In this document: piece after piece, positions 1-10,116 of the stretch
How the letters are laid out: each line of letters opens with the position of its first letter
Position numbering within the stretch: position 1 is the stretch's first letter
Source: Candidatus Saccharimonadota bacterium
Lineage (GTDB): Bacteria > Pseudomonadota > Gammaproteobacteria > Enterobacterales > Enterobacteriaceae
NCBI RefSeq assembly: GCF_004296475.1
Contig: NZ_AP018162.1
Span: 90,001 to 122,000, forward strand
Reading direction: 5' to 3'
DNA: 32,000 nt
The notes under the pieces: model-generated
What the model saw: only the letters and a program-made list of their open reading frames with translations
Told to the model about the DNA's origin: nothing
The model's database searches: none
Made by a program: the position numbers and the translations under genes

Positions 1-91
1 TTTTAGCTATAGACAAACCTATTCCATATATATGTGTTAATGATATTAATATATGTTTATTATCAGGGATATTTATGCCAAATATTCTCAT
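1..91 (-). CDS. rpsM: 30S ribosomal protein S13, N-terminal part (gene runs off the window start)
   Basis: Not in the ORF track. The reverse complement of 1..91 reads ATG AGA ATA TTT GGC ATA AAT ATC CCT GAT AAT AAA CAT..., giving [30 protein letters not shown]. This matches the conserved S13 N-terminus (E. coli [26 protein letters not shown]). It lies directly after rpmJ, as in the canonical spc/alpha operon junction. Confidence 0.9.
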   Translation of the reverse strand, partial: MRIFGINIPDNKHILISLTHIYGIGLSIAK

Positions 92-98
92 TTTAAAA

Positions 99-212
99 TT
101 AACCTTGTTTTTGTTTATGCTTTGGATTTATACAAATTACATTTAATTTGTTAAATCTTTTTATTATTTTACAATCTCTACATATTTTTTTTACTGATGC
201 TCTTACTTTCAT
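99..212 (-). CDS. rpmJ: 50S ribosomal protein L36
   Basis: Not in the ORF track (37 aa). Hand translation of the minus strand gives [37 protein letters not shown] with a TAA stop at 99..101. It follows the E. coli L36 pattern ([19 protein letters not shown]...KHKQRQG), including the Cys/His zinc-ribbon residues. It starts 5 nt downstream of the secY stop. Confidence 0.95.
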   Translation of the reverse strand: MKVRASVKKICRDCKIIKRFNKLNVICINPKHKQKQG

Positions 213-217
213 TTTAC

Positions 218-1567
218 CTAAAAATTATTTTTTATTTTATCTATTATAGATTCATATTTATATGATATAAGGCTAGTTTGTATTTTATTAATAAATTCTA
301 TAATTACTACAACTATAATTAATAAAGAAGTTCCATTAAAATAAAATGGAGAATTAATTAACTTAAAAAATATTTTTACAAATGAACAAATTAAACTTAT
401 ATAACAAGATTCTAAAAATACAATTTTTTTAGTTATATTATATATATATAATTCTGTCTGTAATCCAGGTCTAATTCCATTTATAAAAGCACTAGATTTT
501 TTTAAGTTATTTGAAATCTCTTTAGGATTAAAAATAATAAATGAATATATATGACAAAATATAAATATAAAAAAAATATATATTAATGAATATAAAAAAT
601 AATTTTCATTTAAACTATTATATAATATTTTAAATAAATATATATTAAAATAATTACCTATCCAATAAAATAAAATAGAAAAGAATAATATTATATTATA
701 AGAAAATATAGATGGAGTTATACCAGAAATATTTACTTTAATAGGTATATAAGTACCAGAATTAAATATATTACTATATTTATTTATTAAATTATATTGA
801 TAATTTATAGGATAATTTATTATTATTTTTTTTTGTGATAATTCTATAAATATAGATATATAGAAAATTAAAATCAATAAGAATAAAAATAAAATTAATT
901 TAATAATATTAACTATACTATTTTTTTTAAATATAATATTTAAATATTTAAAAAAATAATTAGGTATATCTGATATTATATTTAAAAATATTAATAAAGA
1001 TGTTCCATTTATTATACTATTTTCTGTTATTTGATTACTTAACCAAATTAAGAACATCGTTCCTATAACAAGACTTAATATTGATATTATATATGTATTT
1101 ATATTATTATTTATAAATATATCAACTCCAAATATCTTTCTAAGACTCAATATAAAAAATATTGATTGTAATATAGATATTATAAATGATAAATAATAAA
1201 TATAATTACTAGTTAATCCAGATTTATATAAATCTTGTTTTAATGAAGGGTACATAAAGTTAAATAATTGTATCATCATAGATGATGATATATATGGAGT
1301 TATACCCAAAGAAAATATAGAAATTCTATTTATATAATTTGTTGAATTTAAATTAAATAATTTAAATATAAAAATATTATTATTAAAATTTTTATTTAAA
1401 AAAGTATTAATTTTTATACATGGTATAGGTATAAAAGATCCTATTCTAAATATTATAATATAATAAAATAAATACTTTATTTTATTTTTTAGTAATTCAA
1501 AACTTTTACTTTTAAATATATCTTTAATAAATATATTATTAAAATATTTATTCAAATTTACCACCAT
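218..1567 (-). CDS. secY: Preprotein translocase subunit SecY
   Basis: 449-aa multi-pass hydrophobic ORF at the canonical position between rplO and rpmJ. Its length matches SecY (E. coli 443 aa). It has an ATG start and a TAG stop. The 5' end overlaps the rplO 3' end by 20 nt. The sequence is strongly diverged and I/F/N/K-rich, so the call rests on length, topology and synteny. Confidence 0.85.
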   Translation of the reverse strand: MVVNLNKYFNNIFIKDIFKSKSFELLKNKIKYLFYYIIIFRIGSFIPIPCIKINTFLNKNFNNNIFIFKLFNLNSTNYINRISIFSLGITPYISSSMMIQLFNFMYPSLKQDLYKSGLTSNYIYYLSFIISILQSIFFILSLRKIFGVDIFINNNINTYIISILSLVIGTMFLIWLSNQITENSIINGTSLLIFLNIISDIPNYFFKYLNIIFKKNSIVNIIKLILFLFLLILIFYISIFIELSQKKIIINYPINYQYNLINKYSNIFNSGTYIPIKVNISGITPSIFSYNIILFFSILFYWIGNYFNIYLFKILYNSLNENYFLYSLIYIFFIFIFCHIYSFIIFNPKEISNNLKKSSAFINGIRPGLQTELYIYNITKKIVFLESCYISLICSFVKIFFKLINSPFYFNGTSLLIIVVVIIEFINKIQTSLISYKYESIIDKIKNNF

Positions 1568-1994
1568 ATAAATTTAATACATTATGAACATTTTTAGATA
1601 TAGAAATCCCAAATTCTTTTTTTATTATTTTGGAACATATATTATTTGATTTTTTATCTAAAATTAATTTTACGAATTTTGTATTTTTATTTATTAACTT
1701 GTTTTTTTTTAATACATCAATATTTATATTATTATCTTTTATATTATTTATATAAGATAATCTTAATTCTTTAACTATTTTTTTATTTTTATTATTAAAT
1801 CCAAATTTAGGTAATCTTCTACATATAGATGTTTGTCCTCCTTCAAAAGCTCTTTTTCTTCTTGAACCTGACCTAGATTTTTGACCTTTATTTCCCCTAC
1901 CTCCTGTCTTTCCTGTTCCAGATCCTATTCCTCTACATATTCTTTTTTTTTTTTTTTTAGATTTATATCTATTTAAAGAGTTCAATTTTAACAT
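1548..1994 (-). CDS. rplO: 50S ribosomal protein L15
   Basis: The N-terminus [23 protein letters not shown] is the conserved L15 glycine-rich motif. Position is canonical within the spc operon. It contains a 16-nt poly(A) run encoding KKKKK. Confidence 0.93.
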   Translation of the reverse strand: MLKLNSLNRYKSKKKKKRICRGIGSGTGKTGGRGNKGQKSRSGSRRKRAFEGGQTSICRRLPKFGFNNKNKKIVKELRLSYINNIKDNNINIDVLKKNKLINKNTKFVKLILDKKSNNICSKIIKKEFGISISKNVHNVLNLYGGKFE

Positions 1995-2003
1995 ATATTT
2001 AAT

Positions 2004-2477
2004 TTATTTTTTTTTTTTATATATTAATTTTAAATTTTTTATATTTTTTAATGCATTTATAGTTGCTATAACAACATTTATAGGATTACTTGATCCATAT
2101 AGTTTAGATGAAATATTTTTTATTCCTACAACTTCAAAAATATATTTCATAGATTTACCTGATATAATTCCAGTTTCATTATAACTTGGTATAATTATAA
2201 CTTTTGAACATAAATGATTACCTATAACTTTATGAGGAATAGTATTTTTATATAAATTTATATTAAATAAATTTTTTTTTGCTTTTTCTATAGATTTACT
2301 AATAGCTAATGGGACTTCTTTAGCTTTTTTATATCCAAAACCAATTTTACCATTTTGATCACCAACTACAGTTAATGCTGTAAAACTAAATACTCTACCT
2401 CCTTTTACTGTTTTTGATACTCTTTTTACTAAAATTAATTTTTCTCTTAAAGGAAAATTACTATTTTTAATATTCAT
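2004..2477 (-). CDS. rpsE: 30S ribosomal protein S5
   Basis: [43 protein letters not shown] matches the S5 dsRBD-like core. It sits between rplR and rplO. Confidence 0.95.
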   Translation of the reverse strand: MNIKNSNFPLREKLILVKRVSKTVKGGRVFSFTALTVVGDQNGKIGFGYKKAKEVPLAISKSIEKAKKNLFNINLYKNTIPHKVIGNHLCSKVIIIPSYNETGIISGKSMKYIFEVVGIKNISSKLYGSSNPINVVIATINALKNIKNLKLIYKKKK

Positions 2478-2484
2478 TTTATTT

Positions 2485-2844
2485 TTAAAAAACTAAACCA
2501 TATTCTCTTGAAGATTCAGCTAAACATTTTATTTTTCCATGATATTTGAATTTTGATCTATCAAAATATACATTATGTATATTTTTTAATATTGCTTTTT
2601 TAGATATAAATTCACCTACTATTTTTGATGCTAATTTATTATTAGATTTTATATTTTTTTCTATTAAAATTTTTTTTATGTCTTTACTTAAAGTTGAAAC
2701 ATCAATAATAATTTTATTATCATTAGATATAATTCTAGCATATATATTATTATTAGTTTTATTAACTAATAATCTAAAAATATCTTTATTTTTATTCTTA
2801 TATTTAGATTTTGATAATTTTTTTAAATGTTTTTTATTATACAT
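2485..2844 (-). CDS. rplR: 50S ribosomal protein L18
   Basis: The C-terminal [26 protein letters not shown] matches the L18 signature (E. coli [26 protein letters not shown]). Synteny agrees. Confidence 0.93.
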   Translation of the reverse strand: MYNKKHLKKLSKSKYKNKNKDIFRLLVNKTNNNIYARIISNDNKIIIDVSTLSKDIKKILIEKNIKSNNKLASKIVGEFISKKAILKNIHNVYFDRSKFKYHGKIKCLAESSREYGLVF

Positions 2845-2848
2845 AATT

Positions 2849-3382
2849 TTATTTTTTATTTGATTCTTTTAATTTTATTTTTTCATTATGATAATATATT
2901 CCTTTTCCTTTATAAGGATCAGGTATTTTAAAATATTTTATTTCTGATGCAACTTTACCTAAAAGTTGTTTATCAATACTATATAATATTAATTCTGATT
3001 GACTATGAAATTCTACTTTTATTTTTTTATCTAACCTATATTTTATTAAATGAGAATACCCTAAACTTAAAACTAATAAATTATCTTTAATATCAAATTT
3101 ATATCCTATTCCTTTTATTATTAATTTTTTTCTAAAACCAATTGTAACTCCAATTATCATATTCTTTATCAAAGAATTCACAGTTCCTGAATAAGATAAT
3201 ATTTTTTTATTATTTTTATTATAATCTATATATATAAAATTATCTTTTTTATTTATTTTTATAATAGGATTATATTTTATAAATAAATAATTTTCATTAC
3301 ATAAAACATTTATTTTATTATATTCAATATTAATTAAAACATTATTAGGAATAATTAATTTTCTATTAGCTATACGAGACAT
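2849..3382 (-). CDS. rplF: 50S ribosomal protein L6
   Basis: It has the MSRIANRKLIIP N-terminus (E. coli MSRVAKAPVVVP) and a PDPYKGKGI motif near the C-terminus. Length is 177 aa. Synteny agrees. Confidence 0.93.
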   Translation of the reverse strand: MSRIANRKLIIPNNVLINIEYNKINVLCNENYLFIKYNPIIKINKKDNFIYIDYNKNNKKILSYSGTVNSLIKNMIIGVTIGFRKKLIIKGIGYKFDIKDNLLVLSLGYSHLIKYRLDKKIKVEFHSQSELILYSIDKQLLGKVASEIKYFKIPDPYKGKGIYYHNEKIKLKESNKK

Positions 3383-3401
3383 TTTATATTTATATATAAT
3401 T

Positions 3402-3797
3402 TTATGAAATATAACATATTAATTCTCCTCCTAATTTTAATTCACAACAATTATAATCAGTCATTATTCCTTTTGATGTTGAAATTATAAATATACCAAA
3501 TTTATTTATATTTTTTTTTATTCTAAATAAATTAGTATATATCCTTAAACTTGGTTTACTAATTCTTTTTAGTTCTTCTATAACTGGGATATTATTGAAA
3601 TATTTTAAAAAAATTTTTATATAGCATTTTTTATCTAAAATTAATACATTATAATTTTTTATAAAACCTTCTTTTTTTAAAATTTCTATTATAGATAATT
3701 TTATTTTTGATTTAAATATACTAACAAAATCTCTTTTTGATTTTTGAGCATTTTTAATACAATTAAACATTTCAGAAATAGGATCTTGATTATTCAT
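3402..3797 (-). CDS. rpsH: 30S ribosomal protein S8
   Basis: QDPISEMFNCIKNAQ...ILKKEGFIKNY aligns with E. coli QDPIADMLTRIRNGQ...VLKEEGFIEDF. Length is 131 aa. Confidence 0.95.
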   Translation of the reverse strand: MNNQDPISEMFNCIKNAQKSKRDFVSIFKSKIKLSIIEILKKEGFIKNYNVLILDKKCYIKIFLKYFNNIPVIEELKRISKPSLRIYTNLFRIKKNINKFGIFIISTSKGIMTDYNCCELKLGGELICYIS

Positions 3798-3801
3798 TTA
3801 A

Positions 3802-4107
3802 TTACCAACTAGATTTTTTAATTCCAGGAATATATCCTAAAATTACTGATTCTCTAAATTTTATTCTACTTAATCCAAATCTTCTTATAAATGATCTAGA
3901 TCTTCCAGATTGATAACATCTATTCTTTATTCTATATTGTATAGAATCTTTAGGAAAACATTGAAACTTTAACATTGCGTTCCATTTATCTTCTTTAGAA
4001 GAGATGTTTGATTTAATAATATTTTTTAATTTTTTTCTTTTATTTATAAATTTACTTACTAATATTTTTCTTTTATTATTTCTTATTATAATAGATTTTT
4101 TTGTCAT
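3802..4107 (-). CDS. rpsN: 30S ribosomal protein S14
   Basis: EDKWNAMLKFQCFPKDS...NRCYQSGRSRSFIRRFGLSRIKFRE...IPGIKKSSW aligns end to end with E. coli S14. Length is 101 aa. Confidence 0.95.
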   Translation of the reverse strand: MTKKSIIIRNNKRKILVSKFINKRKKLKNIIKSNISSKEDKWNAMLKFQCFPKDSIQYRIKNRCYQSGRSRSFIRRFGLSRIKFRESVILGYIPGIKKSSW

Positions 4108-4112
4108 TAATT

Positions 4113-4655
4113 TTAATATTTTATAGGAAAATTTATTGATTTTAATAAAAAAATAGATTCATCTAAAGATTTAGATTTAATATTAAAATTGATATCCATA
4201 CCTTTTACTCTATTTATATAATCATAATTTATTTCAGGAAAAATTATATGCTCTTTTATACCTAAATTAAAATTACCCATTTTATCAAATGATTTTTTAG
4301 AAAAACCTCTAAAATCCCTAATTCTAGGTATTACTACACATATTAATTTATCAATAAAAGACCACATTCTTTTATTTCTTAATGTTACTTTACATCCTAT
4401 AATTACTCCTTTTCTAATTTTAAAATTAGATATTGATTTTTTAGCTTTAGTAAATATAGGTTTTTGACCTGATATTTTAGTTAAATCATCAAATGTAGTT
4501 TCTAGTATTTTTTTTTCTGAAATAAATTTTCCAAATCCCATATTTATAGTAATTTTATTTATAATAGGAATTTCCATTACAGATTTATATAAAAATTTTT
4601 TTTTAATATTTTCAGATATAATATTTTTGTATTTAAAATATAACTCATTTTTCAT
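4113..4655 (-). CDS. rplE: 50S ribosomal protein L5
   Basis: KSVMEIPIINKITINMG, GQKPIFTKAKKSISNFKIRKG and VPRIRDFRGFS match L5. I place the start at the ATG at 4653..4655 (MKNELYFKYK, aligning with E. coli MAKLHDYYKD). The ORF track extends it to a TTG at 4664. It overlaps the rplX 3' end by 11 nt. Confidence 0.93.
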   Translation of the reverse strand: MKNELYFKYKNIISENIKKKFLYKSVMEIPIINKITINMGFGKFISEKKILETTFDDLTKISGQKPIFTKAKKSISNFKIRKGVIIGCKVTLRNKRMWSFIDKLICVVIPRIRDFRGFSKKSFDKMGNFNLGIKEHIIFPEINYDYINRVKGMDINFNIKSKSLDESIFLLKSINFPIKY

Positions 4656-4860
4656 TTTTAACAATATTTATTAATGACACATTTGAAATATGTATTTTTT
4701 TATATTCCTTACTATCATTTTTAACTTCTTTATTATTTAAATTTAAAATTAAATATTTTTTATTTAATATTTTTATAACTTTAGCTGTATATTTCTTATA
4801 TTTACCTGTTAATATAATAACTTCATTATTACTTTTTATTTTAATTTTTTTTTTTAACAT
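4645..4860 (-). CDS. rplX: 50S ribosomal protein L24 (shortened, 71 aa)
   Basis: The N-terminal KOW-type segment IKSNNEVIILTGKYKKYTAKV parallels E. coli [21 protein letters not shown]. A later IHISNVSL parallels IQVSNVAI. It sits between rplN and rplE. The stop codon is TGA. It is about 30 aa shorter than E. coli L24. Confidence 0.85.
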   Translation of the reverse strand: MLKKKIKIKSNNEVIILTGKYKKYTAKVIKILNKKYLILNLNNKEVKNDSKEYKKIHISNVSLINIVKNEK

Positions 4861-4869
4861 AATAATATT

Positions 4870-5232
4870 TTATAAAATTTCTAAAGCTAATGAAACTATT
4901 TTAGGAAATTTATTTTTTATTTCTTTAGGAATAGGTCCAAATATTCTTGTTCCTATAGGTAAATTATTTTCATTTATAATTACACATGAATTATTATCAA
5001 ATTTTATAAATTCTTTATTGTTAGAAATTTTTTTTTTTACTCTAACAACAACAGCTTTAGATACTTCTCCTTTTTTAACTTTACCATTTGGAGAAGAACT
5101 TTTAACTGCCACTTTAATTATATCTCCTATACTAGCATATTTTTTTTTAGATCCTCCTAAAACTTTTATACATAGAACTTTTTTAGCTCCAGAATTATCC
5201 GCAACAAGTAAAATTGTCTGTTCTTGAATCAT
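4870..5232 (-). CDS. rplN: 50S ribosomal protein L14
   Basis: [41 protein letters not shown] is the typical L14 N-terminus. Length is 120 aa. Confidence 0.96.
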   Translation of the reverse strand: MIQEQTILLVADNSGAKKVLCIKVLGGSKKKYASIGDIIKVAVKSSSPNGKVKKGEVSKAVVVRVKKKISNNKEFIKFDNNSCVIINENNLPIGTRIFGPIPKEIKNKFPKIVSLALEIL

Positions 5233-5246
5233 TTTAAATATAAAAT

Positions 5247-5489
5247 TTAATTATTTTTTTTTATTATTTTTACCAATATCCATGATTTAATTTTAGATAT
5301 AGGTCTACATTCTTTTATTAAAATTAAATCGCCTATATCAGATATACTTTTTTCATCATGAACATGTATTTTTTTGTTATTTATTATTATTTTTTCATAA
5401 ATAAAATGTTTACTAATATTTTTTATTAATACAGTAACTGTTTTATTCATTTTTTTTTTTATTACAGTAGCAACAATATTTTTACTCAT
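5247..5489 (-). CDS. rpsQ: 30S ribosomal protein S17
   Basis: [36 protein letters not shown] matches S17 (E. coli [36 protein letters not shown]). Confidence 0.95.
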   Translation of the reverse strand: MSKNIVATVIKKKMNKTVTVLIKNISKHFIYEKIIINNKKIHVHDEKSISDIGDLILIKECRPISKIKSWILVKIIKKNN

Positions 5490-5689
5490 AAATTTATATT
5501 ATTATTCTTGTTAAATAAATACTTTAATAAAGATATTTTTTTTCTATTTATTTTTAATAAATGAACTTTATTATTATTATTATTTTTTATTTTTAAATTT
5601 AAATAAAATTTTTCATATAATAAATCTATTAATTTGTTATAAAATTCTTTTTTATTTTTAATATTATTAAAATTTTTTTTATAATTCAT
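5486..5689 (-). CDS. rpmC: 50S ribosomal protein L29
   Basis: The 67-aa ORF sits between rplP and rps[21 protein letters not shown]...[17 protein letters not shown] parallels E. coli [20 protein letters not shown]...SHLLKQVRRDVARVKTL. It forms an ATGA stop/start overlap with rpsQ. Confidence 0.85.
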   Translation of the reverse strand: MNYKKNFNNIKNKKEFYNKLIDLLYEKFYLNLKIKNNNNNKVHLLKINRKKISLLKYLFNKNNNINL

Positions 5690-6089
5690 TTTTATATATA
5701 AATAAAGTTTTAATAGGTAATTTTGAAGAAGCTAATTTAAACGCTTGTTTTGCAATATTTTCTGGTATATTTTCTATTTCATATAAAATCATCCCAGGTT
5801 TTATTAATGAAACCCAAAATTCAACATTTCCTTTTCCTTTACCCATTCTTACTTCTAAAGGTTTTTTTGTTATAGGTTTATCAGGAAATATTCTTATCCA
5901 TATTTTACACTGTCTTTTTATATATCTAGATATAGCTCTTCTTGCTGATTCTATTTGATTAGAAGTAATCCTTCCTCTAGATATTGATTTTAAACCAAAC
6001 TCTCCATATTCTAATCTCATACCTATTGAAAAACCTTTATTTCTACCTTTTTGATATTTTTTGAATTTAGTATTTTTAGGTTGTAACAT
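5679..6089 (-). CDS. rplP: 50S ribosomal protein L16
   Basis: [19 protein letters not shown], the [19 protein letters not shown] motif and [17 protein letters not shown] are all characteristic of L16. Confidence 0.96.
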   Translation of the reverse strand: MLQPKNTKFKKYQKGRNKGFSIGMRLEYGEFGLKSISRGRITSNQIESARRAISRYIKRQCKIWIRIFPDKPITKKPLEVRMGKGKGNVEFWVSLIKPGMILYEIENIPENIAKQAFKLASSKLPIKTLFIYKNEL

Positions 6090-6092
6090 ATT

Positions 6093-6731
6093 TTATTTTT
6101 TTTTATTAAATATTTCACCTTTAAATATCCATACTTTAACTCCTATTATTCCATAATTTGTTTTTGCTTCATATTGTCCATAATCTATATCAGCTCTAAT
6201 AGTATGTAATGGTATTCTACCTTCTTTGTACCATTCAGTTCTTGATATATCAGAACCACCTAATCTACCATTTAATTCTATTTTTATACCTTTAGCTCCT
6301 AATCTAATTGCATTATTAATATGTTTTTTCATAACACGTCTAAATAGATTTCTTTTTTCTATTTGATATGCTATATTTTTAGATATTAAATTAGCATCTA
6401 TATCTGGTTTATTAATATCAAGTATATTTAATTGAATTGATACATTAGATATTTTATGTATCATTTTTTTTAATTTCTCTACATCTTCTCCTTTTTTACC
6501 TATTATAATTCCAGGTCTAGATGTATATATAGTTATTATTATATTTTTATTTAATCTTTCTATTATTATATTTGAAATATAATACTTAGGTAAATAATTA
6601 TTTATAAATTTTCTGATATTATAATCATTTTTTAAATTAATTAAAAATTTCTTTTTATTTGCATACCATATAGAATTCCAATTTTTTATAACACCAAAAC
6701 GAAAACTTATAGGATTTACTTTTTGACCCAT
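6093..6731 (-). CDS. rpsC: 30S ribosomal protein S3
   Basis: MGQKVNPISFRFGVIKNWNSIWYA, RPGIIIGKKGEDVEKLKK (KH domain) and GRLGGSDISRTEWYKEGRIPLHTIRADIDYG match S3. Confidence 0.96.
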   Translation of the reverse strand: MGQKVNPISFRFGVIKNWNSIWYANKKKFLINLKNDYNIRKFINNYLPKYYISNIIIERLNKNIIITIYTSRPGIIIGKKGEDVEKLKKMIHKISNVSIQLNILDINKPDIDANLISKNIAYQIEKRNLFRRVMKKHINNAIRLGAKGIKIELNGRLGGSDISRTEWYKEGRIPLHTIRADIDYGQYEAKTNYGIIGVKVWIFKGEIFNKKK

Positions 6732-6752
6732 TTTATTTATTTATATTATAAA

Positions 6753-7085
6753 TTAAATTTTTTTTAAAAAAATACTTATTATAGAAGTACGTTTTTTTAT
6801 ATAATTAAATCTACCTTTAGCTCTAGGTATTATTCTTTTAAAACTTGAACCTTCATCTACTAAAACAGTATTTACTTTTAATAAATCAATATCTAATCCA
6901 TTATTATTTTCTGCATTTGATATTGCAGATTCAAGAGTTTTTATTAAAATGTAAGAAGCTTTTTTATTTAGAAACTTTAATATATTTAAAGCTTCATAAA
7001 CTTTTTTTCCTTTTATTAATTTTGAAACTAAACGAACTTTCTGAGCAGAAATTCTAGCTTTTTTATATTTAGAATATACAATCAT
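6753..7085 (-). CDS. rplV: 50S ribosomal protein L22
   Basis: [29 protein letters not shown] and the later RIIPRAKGR motif match L22. Length is 110 aa. Synteny agrees. Confidence 0.93.
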   Translation of the reverse strand: MIVYSKYKKARISAQKVRLVSKLIKGKKVYEALNILKFLNKKASYILIKTLESAISNAENNNGLDIDLLKVNTVLVDEGSSFKRIIPRAKGRFNYIKKRTSIISIFLKKI

Positions 7086-7091
7086 ATTATT

Positions 7092-7373
7092 TTATTCTTT
7101 CTTTTTTATTTTTTTATCAGCTATGTGTCCTTTAAATTTTCTTGTAGGAGAAAATTCACCTAATTTATGACCAACCATATCTTCAGTTATAAATAATGGG
7201 ATATGTTTTCTGCCATTATGAACAGATATTGTAAATCCAACCATATTAGGAAATATTGTTGAACTTCTAGACCATGTTAATATTTTTTCTTTTTTATTAT
7301 TATCTATATTTTTTTTTATTTTATTAAATAAAGATAAACTAATAAATGGACTTTTTTTTAATGAACGTGACAT
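7092..7373 (-). CDS. rpsS: 30S ribosomal protein S19
   Basis: [11 protein letters not shown]...[51 protein letters not shown] is close to E. coli S19. Confidence 0.96.
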   Translation of the reverse strand: MSRSLKKSPFISLSLFNKIKKNIDNNKKEKILTWSRSSTIFPNMVGFTISVHNGRKHIPLFITEDMVGHKLGEFSPTRKFKGHIADKKIKKKE

Positions 7374-7391
7374 TTTTAAAATTTACCTATT

Positions 7392-8219
7392 TTATTTATT
7401 ATATCTTTTTTTTACTATAAATTTATCTGTTCTTTTATTTCTTCTAGTTCTTTTTCCTTTAGAACTTAATCCCCATGGAGACACAGGATGTTTACCAAAA
7501 TTCTTTCCTTCTCCCCCTCCGTGAGGATGATCTACTGGATTCATAGCAGTTCCTCTTACTGTAGGTCTAATACCTTTTCTTCTATTTTTTCCAGCTTTTC
7601 CTAATTTTATTAACATATGCTCAGAATTTCCTACCTCTCCTATAGTAGCTCTACAGCTTTCTAATATTTTTCTTATTTCTCCAGATTTTAATTTTATAAA
7701 TACATATTTATTATCTTTAGAAATAATTTGAGAATACGATCCGGCAGATCTAGATATTTTTCCTCCTTGTCCTGGATTTAATTCAATATTATGTATTTTA
7801 TATCCAACTGGGATATTTTTTAATATCATAGAATTACCACTATTTATTGATGATGATATTCCAGATTGAATTTTATCTCCAATTTTTAATCCTTTTGGAC
7901 ATAATATATATTTTTTTATACCATCTCTGTATATTATTAATGCTATATTTGATGATCTATTTGGATCATATTCTATTCTATTAACTGTTCCTAATATATT
8001 ATCCTTATCTCTTTTAAAATCTATTAAACGATATTTTCTTTTATGTCTTCCACCTATATGCCTAGTTGTAATACGACCATAATTATTTCTTCCTCCTGTT
8101 TTATTTAATTTTATAACTAATTTTTTTATAGGTTTTTTTTTACTTAACTCATTATTTTTTATATATACTAAATGTCTTATACCTGGAGAAGTAGGTTTTA
8201 ATTTTTTAATTTTAATCAT
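7392..8219 (-). CDS. rplB: 50S ribosomal protein L2
   Basis: [37 protein letters not shown], and [22 protein letters not shown] are all present. Length is 275 aa. Confidence 0.97.
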   Translation of the reverse strand: MIKIKKLKPTSPGIRHLVYIKNNELSKKKPIKKLVIKLNKTGGRNNYGRITTRHIGGRHKRKYRLIDFKRDKDNILGTVNRIEYDPNRSSNIALIIYRDGIKKYILCPKGLKIGDKIQSGISSSINSGNSMILKNIPVGYKIHNIELNPGQGGKISRSAGSYSQIISKDNKYVFIKLKSGEIRKILESCRATIGEVGNSEHMLIKLGKAGKNRRKGIRPTVRGTAMNPVDHPHGGGEGKNFGKHPVSPWGLSSKGKRTRRNKRTDKFIVKKRYNK

Positions 8220-8222
8220 AAA

Positions 8223-8537
8223 CTAATTTAGTTTTATTAGATTATTTATATCTTTAAAATTTTCATTTTTTTTAAAAAAAATATATGCTTTTTTCCATTT
8301 TTTTCTTTTTCCAAAAATATTTTTATAAATTTTAGATTTTCCTTTTATAATTAGTATATTTATTTTTATTGGTTTTATTTTAAAAATTTCATATATTGAA
8401 TCTTTTATTAATTTTTTATTCGAATTATAATTTACTTTAAATGTTAATATTTTAAATTTACTAAATAACTTATTATTTTTATCTGAAATAAATGGATAAT
8501 TTAAAACTTTCAGTAAAATCTCTCTATAATTTATCAT
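8223..8537 (-). CDS. rplW: 50S ribosomal protein L23
   Basis: LLKVLNYPFISDK...IIKGKSK...KKWKKAYIFFKK parallels E. coli LLKVLRAPHVSEK...VVKGKVK...SDWKKAYVTLKE. Confidence 0.9.
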   Translation of the reverse strand: MINYREILLKVLNYPFISDKNNKLFSKFKILTFKVNYNSNKKLIKDSIYEIFKIKPIKINILIIKGKSKIYKNIFGKRKKWKKAYIFFKKNENFKDINNLIKLN

Positions 8538-9160
8538 ATTACTAATCTATTTTCTATAAATTTTATAGATTCTAATGTTATTAAAATACAATCATAATTT
8601 ATTAATCTACTTAAAATTATATCTTTTATTAATATTATTTTTATTTTAAATATATTTTTTGATGATAGAAATAAATTTTTATCATAGTTGTTAACTATTA
8701 TCAATATTTTTTTATATTTATTATAAAAAAAATATATTTTTTCTATTAATTTTTTTGTTTTGAAATCATTTATAATAAATTCACTAAATATATATATCCT
8801 ATCGTTTCTTATTAATTCTGATAATATACATTTAAATGCTTTTTTATACATTTTTTTATTTATTTTATATTTATATGAATTTATTTGATTTCCAAATGTA
8901 ACCCCTCCTGATCTCCATATAGGACTTTTTTTACTTCCTGCTCTAGCTCTACCTGTGCCTTTTTGCTTCCATTGTTTTATATTAGATCCTTTTACATTAG
9001 ATCTATTTTTATTTAACTTAGTATTTTTTTTATTTAATAAAGATTCTGATATTATTATTTGATGAACTAAATTATTATTAAATTCAATATTAAATACATC
9101 ATCTAAAACTACTATTTTTTCTTTTGAATCATAAACTATTAACTCCATTTTATTATCCAT
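8534..9160 (-). CDS. rplD: 50S ribosomal protein L4
   Basis: [26 protein letters not shown] and [22 protein letters not shown] match L4. The track start (ATG at 9160, MDNKMEL) overlaps rplC by 8 nt. The internal ATG at 9146..9148 (MELIVYD, compare E. coli MELVLKD) is at least as likely a start. It forms an ATGA overlap with rplW and has a TGA stop. Confidence 0.93.
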   Translation of the reverse strand: MDNKMELIVYDSKEKIVVLDDVFNIEFNNNLVHQIIISESLLNKKNTKLNKNRSNVKGSNIKQWKQKGTGRARAGSKKSPIWRSGGVTFGNQINSYKYKINKKMYKKAFKCILSELIRNDRIYIFSEFIINDFKTKKLIEKIYFFYNKYKKILIIVNNYDKNLFLSSKNIFKIKIILIKDIILSRLINYDCILITLESIKFIENRLVI

Positions 9161-9773
9161 TAAGTTTAAAATTTATTATTACATTTTTATTATTAGATCC
9201 TGGTATTGAACCTTTTATAGCTACAATATTTTTATATGAATCTATATACATTATTTTTAGATTTTTTATAGTTTTTTTATAATTTCCATGATGTCCGGCC
9301 ATTTTTTTTCCTTTAAAAACTCTTCCAGGGCTTTGATTTTGACCTATAGAACCTGGAGCTCTATGTGATAAAGAATTACCATGAGATGCATCTTGCATTT
9401 TAAAATTCCATCTTTTTATAACGCCTGAAAATCCTTTTCCTTTAGATATACCAGTAATATTTACTTTATCTACATTAATTAAATTATCTATAGATAATTT
9501 CTGACCAATTTTAAAATCACTTATATTTTCACATAATTTTAATTTATATTCCCATAATCCAATCCCGGGGCTAATATTACTAGCTTTATAATGGCCAATT
9601 ATAGATTTATTTATTTTTTTTATTTTAATATTAGACTCAACAGTTATTTGTAATGAATTATTTTTTATATAAGTAATAAAATTATTATATATTTTTAATA
9701 TAGTTATAGGTATTGACATACCATCATTTAAAAAAAGTCTAGTCATACCAATTTTATTTCCTATTATTATCAT
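9153..9773 (-). CDS. rplC: 50S ribosomal protein L3
   Basis: [62 protein letters not shown] is the diagnostic L3 core. Confidence 0.96.
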   Translation of the reverse strand: MIIIGNKIGMTRLFLNDGMSIPITILKIYNNFITYIKNNSLQITVESNIKIKKINKSIIGHYKASNISPGIGLWEYKLKLCENISDFKIGQKLSIDNLINVDKVNITGISKGKGFSGVIKRWNFKMQDASHGNSLSHRAPGSIGQNQSPGRVFKGKKMAGHHGNYKKTIKNLKIMYIDSYKNIVAIKGSIPGSNNKNVIINFKLNG

Positions 9774-9791
9774 CTTTATCTATATTATTAT

Positions 9792-10115
9792 TTATTTTGA
9801 TAATATAATTATTTTTACATCAACTCCAGAATTTATATTTAAATGCTTTAATGCTTCAATAGTTTTTTCTGTATGTTGAATTATATCTATTAAACGTTTA
9901 TAAGTTCTTAATTCATAATGTTCTCTTGCGTCTTTATTTACATGAGGTGAAGTTAAAACTATAAATTTTTCTATTTTAGTTGGCAAAGGGATCGGTCCAT
10001 ATACAACAGCTCCGGTATTTTTTGCTGTATATATTATATCTTTAGTTGAATTTATTATTAATTTAAAATTGAATGATTTTAATTTTATTCTAATTTTATT
10101 ATTAAAATTTGACAT
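9792..10115 (-). CDS. rpsJ: 30S ribosomal protein S10
   Basis: [14 protein letters not shown]...[39 protein letters not shown] matches S10. I place the start at the ATG at 10113..10115 ([13 protein letters not shown]), 1 nt after the fusA stop. The track's upstream ATG at 10130 would add 5 aa and overlap fusA. Confidence 0.94.
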   Translation of the reverse strand: MSNFNNKIRIKLKSFNFKLIINSTKDIIYTAKNTGAVVYGPIPLPTKIEKFIVLTSPHVNKDAREHYELRTYKRLIDIIQHTEKTIEALKHLNINSGVDVKIIILSK

Positions 10116-10116
10116 T

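Noticed and set aside
2546-2863. 105-aa plus-strand ORF from the track
   Set aside because: It lies entirely antisense to rplR and the rplF end. Its product is a low-complexity I/L/F/N string typical of shadow frames in AT-rich DNA, where stop codons are depleted opposite real genes. It has no recognisable motif.
5018-5227. 69-aa plus-strand ORF
   Set aside because: It is antisense to the highly conserved rplN. It is a shadow ORF with no independent support.
6845-7057. 70-aa plus-strand ORF
   Set aside because: It is antisense to rplV. It is low complexity and a shadow ORF.
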